Origin: Pseudomonadota bacterium
Lineage (GTDB): Bacteria; Bdellovibrionota_F; JAHFAK01; JBDREC01
DNA: 48,256 nt
Assembly: GCA_043820105.1 (NCBI GenBank)
Contig: JBDREC010000027.1
Span: forward strand, 1 to 48,256
Direction of reading: 5' to 3'
The notes below the pieces were generated by a model that saw nothing but the letters and a program-made list of their open reading frames with translations, was not told the origin of the DNA and did not search any database. Below, piece after piece: positions 48,027 to 48,256 of this stretch. The position numbers and the translations under genes are program-made. Each line of letters begins with the position of its first letter. Within the stretch, counting starts at the first letter, position 1.

Positions 48027-48256
48027 TTTGATATTAGTTGACTTCCAGAGGTTCTCTTCAAATAGCACTACTTTTTGCTAATTTTTTTCTAAATCCATAA
48101 TACAAATTATTAATACCTAAACAAGGCGATTCTTAATAAAAGAGAAGAATAGAAAACAGAGCAAGCCAAGATAAGAACGGGATATTAAGCAAAAGATTAA
48201 TATTTTCATAAATAACCCAATGGGTGCACACTCCAATATTCAATAAAAAGTAAGAT

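Noticed and set aside
48027-48256. Partial minus-strand gene or island integrated at the tRNA
   Set aside because: Several short hydrophobic frames and none is clearly the real one; no duplicated tRNA 3' end within the window.

Overview
AT-rich bacterial chromosome segment (roughly 30% GC by eye). The tig-clpP-clpX-lon-LpoA-like-site-2 protease gene order and a sigma-54 activator suggest a deltaproteobacterium-like diderm; this is an inference. The right two-thirds is mostly housekeeping and peptide catabolism: MoxR/DUF58, yjbQ, dedA, pnp, rpsO, glpK, a POT transporter, lon, clpX, clpP, tig, a pepD-like gene, saccharopine dehydrogenase, pepP and tRNA-Arg(UCG). The left ~20 kb is accessory. 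It holds gene debris (IS110 and RhuM fragments), secreted HExxH peptidases, two paralogous lipoproteins, and an internally deleted nuclease-helicase next to a DEDD/GIY-YIG gene. The best candidate for an undescribed system is a 1956-aa protein. It joins an apparently catalytically dead tyrosine-recombinase (XerD-like) module to a Ser/Thr kinase-like domain, a P-loop ATPase, TPRs, GAF, a sigma-54 AAA+ domain and a Fis-type HTH, and it has a palindrome over its own -10 box. A second pervasive signal is a set of dispersed 7-nt (some 8-nt) tandem arrays, several arranged as inverted pairs, in many intergenic gaps. A ~240-nt long-hairpin element also lies upstream of tig. All family assignments come from motif recognition, not database searches.
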